A stretch of DNA of 64,000 nucleotides. Origin: an uncultured Candidatus Actinomarina sp. (GTDB lineage Bacteria; Actinomycetota; Acidimicrobiia; Actinomarinales; Actinomarinaceae). The position numbers and the translations under genes are program-made. A model generated the notes under the pieces. It did no database searches. It had not been told where the DNA came from and saw nothing but the letters and a program-made list of their open reading frames with translations. The stretch spans positions 5,803-69,802 of the forward strand of contig CABZMN010000004.1 in NCBI GenBank assembly GCA_902526825.1, in the 5' to 3' direction. Of this stretch, positions 9,729 through 20,471 are shown piece by piece (positions within the stretch are counted from its first letter, which is position 1; every line of letters starts with the position of its first letter).

Positions 9729-10165
9729 TTTTCAAATATTTCTTTTAAATTATTTAAATTTTGTTTCCATATAAATTCTAATATTGGTTTTCCAAAATAT
9801 TCGCCTATTGGTCCTCCAAGATAAAAAGGAAAGTTCAATGTTTCAATCCATTTAAACTTAGTTTTGTATTTTGATACTTCATGAAATTGCATTTCACCTA
9901 CACCGGTAACTATTCCGACATGGTCAACTCCAATGGCTTTTTTATTTTCCCATTTAGTAAATGTCATAAAATCATAAAGTTTTATTGGACCAATTTTTGT
10001 AAGTACTTTTATCTTTGTACCGACACCAGATTTTATATCTGTTTGAAAGTGAATTGTCTCTGCATCTTTCATCCAATTTGTATGATTTTCAATTTTTGAC
10101 ACTTCACTCCAAACTTCATCCAAGGAAGCATTTATAATTGTTTCTACCGAAATTGTTTTACTCAT
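9725..10165 (-). CDS. SRPBCC (polyketide cyclase/dehydrase-like) family protein
   Basis: INASLDEVW...HTNWM, GVGT; 146 aa. Confidence 0.8.
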   Translation of the reverse strand: MSKTISVETIINASLDEVWSEVSKIENHTNWMKDAETIHFQTDIKSGVGTKIKVLTKIGPIKLYDFMTFTKWENKKAIGVDHVGIVTGVGEMQFHEVSKYKTKFKWIETLNFPFYLGGPIGEYFGKPILEFIWKQNLNNLKEIFEK

Positions 10166-10207
10166 TGTGTGTTTTACAATCTTAGTTCCTCACTAAAATA
10201 ATTGGGT

Positions 10208-11353
10208 ATGAAAAATCAAGACTATTTATATCTAGATCATGCTGCGTCAACTCCGATGCGTAAATCTGCCATGGATAAATATATAGAGGCTGAGAGCTAT
10301 GGTTATGCTAATTCTTCAGGGGGACATAAACTTTCAAGGAATTCAAAGAATTTATTAGAAGATTCTCGTGAAAAAATTGCTGAATTATTAAATGCAGCGC
10401 AAGGAGAAATTGTATTCACAAGTGGTGGTACTGAAGCAGACAACTGGACTATTAAATCTTTGTTTAATTCAGAAAGACCTAATGATAACCTTGTCACTTC
10501 AAATATTGAGCATGAGGCTGTTATTGCTTCAGCTGAATGGGTATCCTCAAACGGGTATCGTACTAAATATGCTAAATCTGATAAAAATGGTTTAGTAACT
10601 AAAGATGAATTTTTAGGGCAAGTTGACAACGACACCAAGGTTGCATCGTTAATGTGGGGTAATAATGAAACAGGTATTATTCAACCTATTAAGGATATTG
10701 CTAGAGAAATAAAAACAATCAATCCATCAACCCTTTTTCATTCAGATGTTGTCCAGGGCATTATCTCAGACAATATTGATTTTCATAAAAATGGTATTGA
10801 AAGTGCTGCAGTATCTGCTCATAAAATTGGAGGACCAAAGGGAGTAGGTGCAATGTTTATAAATAGTAATCATAAATTACCTAGTTTTTTACATGGAGGA
10901 AAGCAAGAACTTGAAAGAAGAGCGGGCACTGTTGATGTTCCAGGTATTGCTGCATTTGCAACCGCACTAGAAGAACAACAAAGCAGATTTGATGAAGAAG
11001 TTGGTTTAATGAAGAATGAAAGAGCAATTTTTGAAGAAAAGCTTAAGAATTCATTAGATATAGAAATTCTTGGAGATTCAATGAATAGGCTTCCACACAT
11101 AAGCAATGTACAATTTAAAGATCTACATTCTGAAGTACTTTTAATTCAATTAGATTTAAATGGTCTTGGAGTTTCACGAGGATCTGCATGTGCAAGCGGT
11201 GCTCAAAAACCATCTCACGTATTAGAGGCTATGAATATAAATCCCAAATTTATTAATAGTCATTTGAGGTTTAGTTTTGGTTGGACAACTCAAGTTGGAG
11301 ATGGAAATAAAGCTGCAGAAATAGTCATGCAAGCCGTAAAGGAAATTGAATGA
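10208..11353 (+). CDS. iscS: Cysteine desulfurase
   Basis: YLDHAASTP, FTSGGTEA, SAHKIGGPKGVG (PLP Lys), SRGSACAS; directly upstream of mnmA. Confidence 0.93.
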   Translation: MKNQDYLYLDHAASTPMRKSAMDKYIEAESYGYANSSGGHKLSRNSKNLLEDSREKIAELLNAAQGEIVFTSGGTEADNWTIKSLFNSERPNDNLVTSNIEHEAVIASAEWVSSNGYRTKYAKSDKNGLVTKDEFLGQVDNDTKVASLMWGNNETGIIQPIKDIAREIKTINPSTLFHSDVVQGIISDNIDFHKNGIESAAVSAHKIGGPKGVGAMFINSNHKLPSFLHGGKQELERRAGTVDVPGIAAFATALEEQQSRFDEEVGLMKNERAIFEEKLKNSLDIEILGDSMNRLPHISNVQFKDLHSEVLLIQLDLNGLGVSRGSACASGAQKPSHVLEAMNINPKFINSHLRFSFGWTTQVGDGNKAAEIVMQAVKEIE

Positions 11354-12420
11354 GAATTTTAGTAGCAATGAGTGGTGGTGTAGACTCTTCAGTTGTCGCT
11401 GCATTGTTAAAGGAACAAGGTCACGAGGTTATAGGTGTGACCATGAAATTGTGGGAAGGACCAAATGGAGAAATGCCAGAATCTGGATGTTGCACTGCAT
11501 CAGATAGCGAGGATGCAAGAAAAGTTGCCTCTAAGTTAGACATACCATACTACGTATTGGACTACACTGAATCTTTTTCCAAAAATGTAGTTGATAATTT
11601 TACTCAAATGTATGCACAAGGTCTGACACCAAACCCATGTGTTGAATGTAATAGGTCAGTTAAATTTGATCATTTTATCGGTCAAGCGAAAAAATTAAAT
11701 TGTGACAAAGTTGCAACAGGACATTATGCAAAAATAATTAAAAAAAATAATGAATTTGAATTACATAAGGCAGATTATCTTGACAAAGATCAATCTTATG
11801 TACTTCATATGTTGAAGTCGTCTGATTTAGAAAATATATCATTTCCTCTTGGAGAAATAAGTAAACCTGATGTTAGGCAAATTGCAGCAAGAATCGGATT
11901 AAAAACAGCTTTTAAAAAAGATAGTCAGGATATTTGTTTTGTAGGAAAAAAAGATTATCGATCATTTGTTGAAAAAAGAATCGATTTAACATCCCCTGGT
12001 AAAATTTTTGATATTGAAGGAAACAAGGTGGGTGACCATAATGGAATACATGAATTTACAGTTGGACAGAGAAAAGGCCTACCAGGGGGATACGGTACAC
12101 CTAGATATGTTACAAAAATTAATGTACAAAACAAAAATGTAACTATTGGAGAAAAAAAAGATCTTTTAGTTAGTTCATTTATTGTTGAAGAGTTGTCATG
12201 TGTAAATGATCTTGAATACAAAAACCTTACAATACAAACAAGGTATAACTCTGAAGATCTTCATTGTAAAATTAAAAAGTTATCAGATACAAAAGTCTTA
12301 GTACAGCTAAAAGAGCCAGCATTTGGTGTTGCCCCTGGCCAATTTGGTGTTATTTACAATGGTACAAAAGTTGTGTGTGGTGGGAGAATAAGTCCTAAAG
12401 TTTTGGAGAATATTGGATGA
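11350..12420 (+). CDS. mnmA: tRNA 2-thiouridine(34) synthase
   Basis: AMSGGVDSS, PNPCVECN, ATGHY, KDQSY, DSQDICF. Confidence 0.97.
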   Translation: MRILVAMSGGVDSSVVAALLKEQGHEVIGVTMKLWEGPNGEMPESGCCTASDSEDARKVASKLDIPYYVLDYTESFSKNVVDNFTQMYAQGLTPNPCVECNRSVKFDHFIGQAKKLNCDKVATGHYAKIIKKNNEFELHKADYLDKDQSYVLHMLKSSDLENISFPLGEISKPDVRQIAARIGLKTAFKKDSQDICFVGKKDYRSFVEKRIDLTSPGKIFDIEGNKVGDHNGIHEFTVGQRKGLPGGYGTPRYVTKINVQNKNVTIGEKKDLLVSSFIVEELSCVNDLEYKNLTIQTRYNSEDLHCKIKKLSDTKVLVQLKEPAFGVAPGQFGVIYNGTKVVCGGRISPKVLENIG

Positions 12421-14507
12421 ACAAGAAAAATGTTCGAGAAATTATTGACAAGTTAACAAACGCTGAACATGCATATTATGTACTAAATGATCCAATCATG
12501 TCAGATGGAGAATACGATAAATTATTTAATTCTCTGAAATTAATTGAACAGGATCATCCTGAATTATTAATGGAAGATTCACCAACTCAAAGAGTTACAG
12601 AAACTCCAAGTGATGCATTTGAACCAGTGGAACATCAAAGAAGAATGTACAGTTTAGACAATATAGAAAATAGTGAAGATTTAAAGAAATGGTTTGAAAG
12701 GTTAGAAAAGATAACTGAAAATTCAATATTTCCAGTTACTGTTGAGCCAAAAATTGATGGTTTAGCAATTTCACTAATTTATCAAGATAGTCTTTTAAAG
12801 CGAGGATTAACCAGAGGAGATGGAGTAGTTGGGGAGGATGTAACTCACAATGTAAAAACAATCAGAAATATCCCTCTCCGTTTAAAAAAAGAGATCAAAG
12901 GCACAGTAGAAATAAGAGGCGAAGTTTACATGCCAGTAAAAAGTTTTGATAAGCTCAATGCTCAGCGACTTAAAGACTCACTTGAAATTGAAAAGTTGAA
13001 ACTAAAAGATAAAAACAAGTTATCTGATACAGAAAAAAAATCTCTTTCAAGAATAAGAAAAGAGGGAACTAGTACATTTATTAATTCAAGAAATGCTGCT
13101 GCAGGCTCACTTAGACAAAAAGATGCTTCAATAACATCTAATCGAGATTTAAGACTTCTCGCATATCAACTAATAATTTACGAGCAAGAAAACAAAAATA
13201 ATTTTCATTCCAAAAACAACAGTTTGATGAATGAACTAGGTTTTAAAACAAACAAGATTGATATTTCACATAGTCAAAAAGAAATTGAAAAAAGTGTTGA
13301 ATTAATTAAAGAGTCAAGATCAAAATATTCATACCAAATTGATGGGGCAGTTCTTAAGGTTGATTCACTTCAGGCCCAAGATGAGTTAGGGTATACATCA
13401 AAATCACCAAGATGGGCTGTTGCTTTTAAATTTCCCTCAGAGGAACAAACAACAATACTTAAGGATATAAAATTACAGACAGGTCGAACTGGGGCAATTA
13501 CACCAGTAGCTGTACTTGAACCAATAGATGTTGGAGGCGCAAAGGTCTCTTTTGCAACACTTCATAATCCAGATGAAATAAAAAGAAAAGATTTGAGAAT
13601 CAATGATTACGTTATTGTAAGACGTGCAGGTGATGTAATACCCGAAGTTGTCTCTTCACTTAAAGATAGAAGAGATGGAAGCCAAAAAAAATGGCAACTT
13701 CCTAAGAAATGTCCATGTGGGGAATTTTCAATAGAGTTAATTGATGAAGAAAAAGTACCTAGATGTGAAGGTGGACAATCCTGTAATTTAGCAAAGAAAG
13801 AGGCGATAATCTTTTTTGGATCTAAATCAGGTCTTGAGATAGAAGGGCTTGGTAGGGAGACTGTTGAGACTTTGTTGGAGAGCAAACTAATTAATAATGT
13901 AGAGGATATTTACAGTCTTAAATATGAAGATTTGATTGATCTACCCTCATGGGAGAAAAAGAAAACAAACAACCTATTAAATGCAATTAAATCATCCACG
14001 AATGCTTCCCCTGAAAAATTATTGACTGCATTAGGCATTAGATTTATTGGGAAACGTACATCTCAATTATTAATACAAAATTTTAATTCAATAGATGGTG
14101 TTCTAAATGCAAAAGAGTCTGATATTGAAAGTATCCATGGAATTTCTATTAGTGTTTCAAAATCACTCGAAGATTGGAAATCAAACAAAGAAAATATTAA
14201 TTTACTAAATCAATTAAAAAATTATAGATTTGCTTTCAAAAAAGATATTAAAACTTCAAAAAGTTATTTATCTGGAAACACATTTGTAATAACAGGGACG
14301 TTAGATAATTACTCAAGACAAGATGTTGTCGACATTTTAGAAAGCTATGGTGGCACCGTGACAACTTCAGTTTCCAAAAATACAGATTACTTAATATATG
14401 GATCAAAACCAGGTTCTAAGTTTGAGAAAGCAAAAACTCTTGGGGTTCAGACTCTAGATGAAACCAATTTTAAAGAATTAATTAGTAAGTATAAAAAATC
14501 CAGCTGA
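12417..14507 (+). CDS. ligA: NAD-dependent DNA ligase
   Basis: EPKIDG, TRGDG, RNAAAGSLRQ, Zn-finger cysteines, HhH repeats, C-terminal BRCT (FVITGTL). Confidence 0.97.
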   Translation: MNKKNVREIIDKLTNAEHAYYVLNDPIMSDGEYDKLFNSLKLIEQDHPELLMEDSPTQRVTETPSDAFEPVEHQRRMYSLDNIENSEDLKKWFERLEKITENSIFPVTVEPKIDGLAISLIYQDSLLKRGLTRGDGVVGEDVTHNVKTIRNIPLRLKKEIKGTVEIRGEVYMPVKSFDKLNAQRLKDSLEIEKLKLKDKNKLSDTEKKSLSRIRKEGTSTFINSRNAAAGSLRQKDASITSNRDLRLLAYQLIIYEQENKNNFHSKNNSLMNELGFKTNKIDISHSQKEIEKSVELIKESRSKYSYQIDGAVLKVDSLQAQDELGYTSKSPRWAVAFKFPSEEQTTILKDIKLQTGRTGAITPVAVLEPIDVGGAKVSFATLHNPDEIKRKDLRINDYVIVRRAGDVIPEVVSSLKDRRDGSQKKWQLPKKCPCGEFSIELIDEEKVPRCEGGQSCNLAKKEAIIFFGSKSGLEIEGLGRETVETLLESKLINNVEDIYSLKYEDLIDLPSWEKKKTNNLLNAIKSSTNASPEKLLTALGIRFIGKRTSQLLIQNFNSIDGVLNAKESDIESIHGISISVSKSLEDWKSNKENINLLNQLKNYRFAFKKDIKTSKSYLSGNTFVITGTLDNYSRQDVVDILESYGGTVTTSVSKNTDYLIYGSKPGSKFEKAKTLGVQTLDETNFKELISKYKKSS

Positions 14508-14886
14508 ATTCACCCACATCAGGGAGTCCAGTTGTTTTTGACCATTGAACAACTACAGTATGCTTTCCAGCTATCCACGATTCAAATGATTTATTTGGCC
14601 CTGGTCTCCAAGTTGCTAGTCCAATTGCATCTTGAAATAAAATTTCTTGAGCTGGGATGATGTAATTATCTACAATTAGTACGATTTCATATCCTACAGG
14701 GACGTCGACAATGATACTTGATTGTTGTGGCACCTGATCGTTTGGAAGTGGATAAATATCTTCAATGACTTGTGGCAACTCAACAATCTCTGAATTATTT
14801 CGAGAAAACGAGACTCCCCACCAAATAACGAAAATTAGTAGCCCAGTTAATAAAAGAATAATAAATCTGTAAGTGTTTTTACTCAT
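14482..14886 (-). CDS. Hypothetical membrane-anchored protein
   Basis: Single N-terminal TM helix followed by a beta-rich (Ig-like?) domain. Confidence 0.7.
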   Translation of the reverse strand: MSKNTYRFIILLLTGLLIFVIWWGVSFSRNNSEIVELPQVIEDIYPLPNDQVPQQSSIIVDVPVGYEIVLIVDNYIIPAQEILFQDAIGLATWRPGPNKSFESWIAGKHTVVVQWSKTTGLPDVGEFSWIFYTY

Positions 14887-14924
14887 ACATTAAAATACTA
14901 TCTAATAACTAAAAAGAGACCAAT

Positions 14925-15737
14925 ATGAATATTGAAAAATTAAAAGAAAACATTGAAAACATTGATGCTGAGAATATTTCAAGTGAAGATATTACTTCAA
15001 TTAGGCAGACTATTGAGGCATTAGATAATGGCAAGATAAGAGTTGCAGAACAAGTCGATGGTGAATGGTTGGTCAATGAATGGGTAAAGAAATCAATACT
15101 ACATTATTTCACCATAGAAAATTTGAAAGTCATTTCATCAGGTGATGTTACTTATTTTGATAAATTAGAACCAAAGAAAAATTATGAAGATTTAAAAATT
15201 AGAGTAGTTCCTCCGGGAGTTGTAAGGTATGGAGCATTTTGTGAGCCTGGAGTAGTTGTAATGCCCGGTTTTGTAAATATTGGAGCTTATGTTGGTTCTG
15301 GAACAATGGTTGATACTTGGGCAACAGTTGGTTCATGTGCTCAAATTGGAAAAAATGTTCATTTATCTGGAGGGGTAGGAATTGGAGGAGTCTTAGAACC
15401 ACCTTCAGCGATGCCAGTAATTATCGAGGATGGTGCTTTTATTGGATCCAGGGCAATAATTGTTGAGGGTGTAAGAATTGGTAAAGGAGCTGTTATAGGC
15501 GCAAATGTTACGATAACTTCTTCCACTCCAGTAATTGATGTTTCTGGTGAAAAGCCTATTGAGCACAAAGGAATTGTCCCTGAAAATTCTGTTGTAATTC
15601 CTGGTACTAGACCAAAGAAATTTCCAAGTGGTGAATTTGAAGTTCAATGTGCACTAATTATTGGACAGAGAAAAGAATCAACGAACGAGAAAACCTCATT
15701 AAATGAGGCACTCAGAACATTTGGAGTTGACGTTTGA
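14925..15737 (+). CDS. dapD: Tetrahydrodipicolinate N-succinyltransferase
   Basis: VNEWVKK, VDTWATVGSCAQIGKNVHLSGGVGIGGVLEP, hexapeptide repeats. Confidence 0.96.
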   Translation: MNIEKLKENIENIDAENISSEDITSIRQTIEALDNGKIRVAEQVDGEWLVNEWVKKSILHYFTIENLKVISSGDVTYFDKLEPKKNYEDLKIRVVPPGVVRYGAFCEPGVVVMPGFVNIGAYVGSGTMVDTWATVGSCAQIGKNVHLSGGVGIGGVLEPPSAMPVIIEDGAFIGSRAIIVEGVRIGKGAVIGANVTITSSTPVIDVSGEKPIEHKGIVPENSVVIPGTRPKKFPSGEFEVQCALIIGQRKESTNEKTSLNEALRTFGVDV

Positions 15738-16774
15738 ACCTAAACGAATTGACCCAAAGATTAATAGATATTGAATCAGTAACTGGTGATGAGCAGGAAT
15801 TAATCAATTTTATTGAAAGTTATCTTCTGGATTCTGGATATAAAGGAAATATATTTAAAGATGAAGGAGGTTTGATTGTTAATACTCCTGATTCAAATCC
15901 CAAAATAGCATTAGTTGGACATCTCGATACTGTTCCTATTCATGAAAGCCAAAAAAATTATTCCGATGAAGAAAATATTTATGGTCGGGGAGCCGTTGAT
16001 ATGAAGGCTGGAGTTGCAGTCATGATTCAGACAATACTTGATGAAAAGGAAAATGTAGTTGGTGTTTTTTATACAGGCGAAGAAGGAACTCCAGAACAAA
16101 ATGGACTTAACAATCTAATGAGTAAATTGAAGAAAGATTTTTCTATTGAATTAGCAATTGTTATGGAGCCAAGTAGTTTGGAGTGTCAACTAGGTTGCAA
16201 TGGAACACTTAACGCAACATTAGTCATTCCTGGTGTTTCAAGCCACTCTGCAAGACCTTGGATGGGAGAGAATCCATTTTTTAAACTTAAAGAATTGAGT
16301 GAATTTTTATTAAAGAATGAAATAAAAGATTATGAAATTGATGGTTTAATCTACAAACAGGTAATAACTGTAACAAGAATAAATGGTGGGGTGGCAAATA
16401 ATGTAACGCCACCTAATATCACTTTAAATGTAAATTTTAGGTTTGTCCCTTCTTTCTCCGCTGAGGATGCAGAAAAATATATTACAGATGAATTACAAAA
16501 GTTTGGAAATGTTAGTGTAAAAGACATATCCGTTGGAGCGTTACCAAATAAAAATCTAGATATAATCAGCGATTTTATAAACTCTACAGGTCTAAAGGTT
16601 ACGCCAAAACAAGGATGGACAGACGTGGCGAGATTTACTAATGATGGCATCCCAGCACTAAACTTTGGGCCTGGTGATCCATTACTAGCTCACACTTCAG
16701 ATGAATTTGTTATTAAAAATGAAATATTAGAATCCTATGAGATATTAAATAAGTTTCTTGAGAGTGTTACATGA
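15734..16774 (+). CDS. dapE: Succinyl-diaminopimelate desuccinylase
   Basis: GHLDTVP, GRGAVDMKAG, GEE, HSARPWMG, GWTDVARF, FGPGDPLLAH; follows dapD. Confidence 0.92.
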   Translation: MNLNELTQRLIDIESVTGDEQELINFIESYLLDSGYKGNIFKDEGGLIVNTPDSNPKIALVGHLDTVPIHESQKNYSDEENIYGRGAVDMKAGVAVMIQTILDEKENVVGVFYTGEEGTPEQNGLNNLMSKLKKDFSIELAIVMEPSSLECQLGCNGTLNATLVIPGVSSHSARPWMGENPFFKLKELSEFLLKNEIKDYEIDGLIYKQVITVTRINGGVANNVTPPNITLNVNFRFVPSFSAEDAEKYITDELQKFGNVSVKDISVGALPNKNLDIISDFINSTGLKVTPKQGWTDVARFTNDGIPALNFGPGDPLLAHTSDEFVIKNEILESYEILNKFLESVT

Positions 16775-17055
16775 GCGAAAATTTTAACATTGATGATATA
16801 TCAAATCTTGCTTCTATAGAACTTAGTGAAGATGAAAAAGCCAAACTTCAAAAAGATTTACAAATAATTCTTGAACATGTTGACGCTTTGAAAAATATTG
16901 ATGTAAAAGATCAAAAAATTGATATTCATCCTCTAAGTAAGGTCCTTGAATTGAGAAAGGATGAATCAAAAGAATCACTGAAACACGAGGATGCAATGAT
17001 GAACTCTCCTGAAACGAAGGATGGTCACTTTGTTGTACCTCCGTCCATAGAATAA
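16771..17055 (+). CDS. gatC: Asp/Glu-tRNA amidotransferase subunit C
   Basis: LASIEL...LRKDE...FVVP pattern; precedes gatA. Confidence 0.9.
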   Translation: MSENFNIDDISNLASIELSEDEKAKLQKDLQIILEHVDALKNIDVKDQKIDIHPLSKVLELRKDESKESLKHEDAMMNSPETKDGHFVVPPSIE

Positions 17056-17061
17056 ATAAAC

Positions 17062-18519
17062 ATGACAGAGAAAATACCTTCAATTTCCAAGATAAATGAA
17101 CTGTTTCAGAATAAAGAAATGAAACCATCTGAACTATTTGAACAAGTATATGAAACAGCTTCTTACACAGAATCCGTGCTTCATGCACATTTAGAATTAT
17201 TTTATGATGAGGGTTTAAAATTGTCTAAAGAGTCCGATAAACGATATACAAAAAATGAGAGTTTGGGACTACTTGATGGAATTCCAATCGCAATAAAAGA
17301 CAATATTAATATCTATGGATATAAGACAACATGTTCATCAAAAATGCTTTCCAACTATGTTTCACCTTATGATGCAACGGTTGTCACAAGTCTAAAAAAA
17401 GCAGGAACAATTTTTACGGGAAAAACGAATCTTGATGAATTTGCAATGGGTTCCTCAACAGAAAATTCCGCTTATGGTCCTACAAAGAATCCTTGGAATC
17501 CTGATTTTGTTCCCGGCGGATCCTCTGGAGGTTCGGCAGCAGTAGTTTCTGCAGGATCGGCTGTAGCATCATTAGGAAGTGATACAGGAGGATCAATTAG
17601 GCAGCCTGCTTCATTTTGTGGAGTAGTTGGGTTCAAGCCAACCTATGGAACAGTTTCAAGATACGGATTGATAGCATTTGCATCTTCTCTAGATCAAATT
17701 GGTCCAATTACAAATACAGTGGATGACACACGAATTATATTCAATGAAATTCAAGGATATGATAGTAAGGACGCAACATCAATAACTCCTGAATATACAA
17801 AACTAGAAAATAAAAAAGTAAAAGTCGGAATTTTGAAGGAACTTATGCAAGAAGGAGTCTCAAATGAGTCTCAAAATGAAGTTAACAAAGTAGTCAATCT
17901 ACTTAAAGAAAAAGGGCATGATGTGACTGAAATTTCTTTACCTCTTACTGAAATGGCGTTGTCAGTTTATTACCTTATTGCCCCTGCGGAATGTTCTGCA
18001 AATTTATCAAGATTTGATGGAGTTAGATATGGCATTAGAGAAGATGCATCGACAAGTTATGAAATGATGAATAAAACACGCTCGGTTGGATTTGGTGAAG
18101 AAGTTAAAAAAAGAATTTTACTAGGAACATATGCTTTATCCGCTGGATATTTTGATGAATATTACGGCAGAGCTTTAAAAGTGAGATCAAAAATTATTAC
18201 AGATTTTAAAACTGCATTCGACAAAGTTGACTTTATTTTATCACCAACTACTCCTACACCCGCATTTGGTTTTGGTGAAAAAACAAAGAATCCACTTGAG
18301 ATGTATTTGTCTGATTTATGTACAATTCCAGCCAACCTTGCTGGCCTACCAGCCATAAGCATACCAACTGGGTTATCGGAAAATAACTTACCCTTATCAG
18401 TACAGATAATGGGTAAGCCTTGCTCAGATTATTCACTCATTGATTTTGCAGAATCCATTGAGGAAATGGTTGAATTTAATTTTTCTCCAAATTTATTAAA
18501 GGAAAATAATGAATCTTAA
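17062..18519 (+). CDS. gatA: Asp/Glu-tRNA amidotransferase subunit A
   Basis: KTNLDEFAMGSSTE, PGGSSGGSA, GSDTGGSIRQPA. Confidence 0.97.
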   Translation: MTEKIPSISKINELFQNKEMKPSELFEQVYETASYTESVLHAHLELFYDEGLKLSKESDKRYTKNESLGLLDGIPIAIKDNINIYGYKTTCSSKMLSNYVSPYDATVVTSLKKAGTIFTGKTNLDEFAMGSSTENSAYGPTKNPWNPDFVPGGSSGGSAAVVSAGSAVASLGSDTGGSIRQPASFCGVVGFKPTYGTVSRYGLIAFASSLDQIGPITNTVDDTRIIFNEIQGYDSKDATSITPEYTKLENKKVKVGILKELMQEGVSNESQNEVNKVVNLLKEKGHDVTEISLPLTEMALSVYYLIAPAECSANLSRFDGVRYGIREDASTSYEMMNKTRSVGFGEEVKKRILLGTYALSAGYFDEYYGRALKVRSKIITDFKTAFDKVDFILSPTTPTPAFGFGEKTKNPLEMYLSDLCTIPANLAGLPAISIPTGLSENNLPLSVQIMGKPCSDYSLIDFAESIEEMVEFNFSPNLLKENNES

Positions 18520-19954
18520 AGCAACAATTGGAATGGAAACTCACGTTGAACTAGATACAAAATCAAAAATGTTCTGTTCGTGCGAAGTAGTTGAAACTGA
18601 TGAACCTAATATTAGCGTTTGTCCAACATGCTTAGGTCTTCCAGGTGCTTTACCAGTACCAAATAAAACAGCTATTGAATATATAGTTATGCTTTCATTA
18701 GGTGCAAATTGCAATATTACTAATGAAGGCATGTTTCATAGAAAAAATTATTTTTATCCTGACTTGCCAAAAAACTATCAAATTTCTCAATTTGATTTTC
18801 CTGTAGGAGTTAATGGGTTTTTAGAAATTGTTTTAGATGAGGAACTTCATTCAGTTGAAATTGAAAGAGTACATATGGAAGAAGATACAGGAAAAAGTGT
18901 TCATATCGGTTCAGGTAGAATTGATTCTGCAACTAGTACACTTTTAGATTTCAATAGATCAGGCATTCCATTAGTAGAAGTTGTAACTAAGCCAGTTATT
19001 TCAACTTCAAAAATGGCTGTTGCTTATATTGAAGAATTACGACAATTAGTCATTGATCTTGGAATTTCAAAAGGCAAATTAGAAAAAGGAAATTTAAGAT
19101 TTGATGCAAATATATCAGTAGCAAACGAAGATTCAAATGAACTTGGAACTAAGGTAGAGATTAAAAATATGAATTCATTGAAGTCATTAGAAAAAGCAAT
19201 CGATTATGAAATCATGAGACAGTCCAAACAAATTGAAAAAGGTGAATCTGTAATTCAGGAAACTAGGCATTGGGATGAGAATAAACAAGTCACTATATCA
19301 ATGCGAACAAAAGAGGGAAGTGCTGATTATAGATATTTTTCAGATCCAGATTTACCAAATATGATTATTGATGAAGAATTTATTAATAATTCAAAAAAGA
19401 ATATACAAAACCTACCTTTAGATAAAAGAAAAACTTTAAAAGAATCCGGGTTATCTTTATCAGATTCAAATTATTTAGATAAAGGTGATAAGTGGTTATA
19501 TGATCTTTATTTGTCTACCGTTGAAAATACTAAAGATAGTAAATCAACATTTAATTTCCTTACAGGGGAACTACAGGGGCAAATGAGGAAAGCAGAAATT
19601 GATGAGTTACCTGATTGGGTTGATTCAGAAAAAATTTCTAATTTAATAAATTTGTTTGAAACTAATGAGGTTTCTTTTACATCAGCAAAAGATATTCTTG
19701 CAAAATTGTTAGGTGAGGATATTGATCCTAAATCTTATGCAACCGATAACAATCTTATCCAATCTTCAGATGATGAGGAAATAAAAACACTTGTGACTTC
19801 AGTAATTAATGAAAATCAAGATATTGTTGAAAGATTAGAAGATCCCGAAGACAAACTTGTTGGTTTTTTAGTGGGTCAAGTAATGAAAAGCTCAGTGAAT
19901 AAGGTTAATCCTGGATCTGTAAAAGATATCTTACTTAAAGAGTTATTTGGATAA
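18509..19954 (+). CDS. gatB: Asp/Glu-tRNA amidotransferase subunit B
   Basis: GMETHVEL, RKNYFYPDLPKNYQISQ, VEIKNMNS, DYRYFSDPDL. Confidence 0.97.
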   Translation: MNLKATIGMETHVELDTKSKMFCSCEVVETDEPNISVCPTCLGLPGALPVPNKTAIEYIVMLSLGANCNITNEGMFHRKNYFYPDLPKNYQISQFDFPVGVNGFLEIVLDEELHSVEIERVHMEEDTGKSVHIGSGRIDSATSTLLDFNRSGIPLVEVVTKPVISTSKMAVAYIEELRQLVIDLGISKGKLEKGNLRFDANISVANEDSNELGTKVEIKNMNSLKSLEKAIDYEIMRQSKQIEKGESVIQETRHWDENKQVTISMRTKEGSADYRYFSDPDLPNMIIDEEFINNSKKNIQNLPLDKRKTLKESGLSLSDSNYLDKGDKWLYDLYLSTVENTKDSKSTFNFLTGELQGQMRKAEIDELPDWVDSEKISNLINLFETNEVSFTSAKDILAKLLGEDIDPKSYATDNNLIQSSDDEEIKTLVTSVINENQDIVERLEDPEDKLVGFLVGQVMKSSVNKVNPGSVKDILLKELFG

Positions 19955-20411
19955 TTTGATTCACAATCATTGCTGATATTAATCCAATAAACCCAGCCCC
20001 AAGATCATCGTAGAGAACTCCTAATTTCCCTGGAAGCTTCTCCAATTCTCCAACAAAAGTTGGTTGCTTAAGAATATCACTTAATCTAAAAACTAGAAAA
20101 CCAGACAATAAAGGTAACAATTCAGCCCCAGAACCTATTGTTACAAGACTCATTCCACAAATCTCATCTAGCGTAATCCAGCTTGGATCAGAGGATGCAT
20201 CATCATCGTCGACAGTTACAAAATATAAAATAATTAAAACAATAAATAATATGAATAAGTTAAGAGTGTTCCAAATCCCAAACAGATAATTACCGAAATA
20301 GATTTCAAGTATTAATAATAAAGAGGCAAAAGTGCCTCCACCTTTTTTATTTTTAAAAAATGCCTCCCAAAAAAGGCCAACCCCAAATCCTGAAGCAATA
20401 AATCGTTTCAC
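19935..20411 (-). CDS. pgpA: Phosphatidylglycerophosphatase A
   Basis: GFGVG, GTFASL, DPSWITLDEICG, FRLSDILK, GVLYDDLGAG. Confidence 0.8.
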   Translation of the reverse strand: MKRFIASGFGVGLFWEAFFKNKKGGGTFASLLLILEIYFGNYLFGIWNTLNLFILFIVLIILYFVTVDDDDASSDPSWITLDEICGMSLVTIGSGAELLPLLSGFLVFRLSDILKQPTFVGELEKLPGKLGVLYDDLGAGFIGLISAMIVNQIIQITL

Positions 20412-20471
20412 AATTTGAATAATAGTATTTTTCTTGGATAGACCTTTTAAAAGGTGTAGTATTTATTTACT

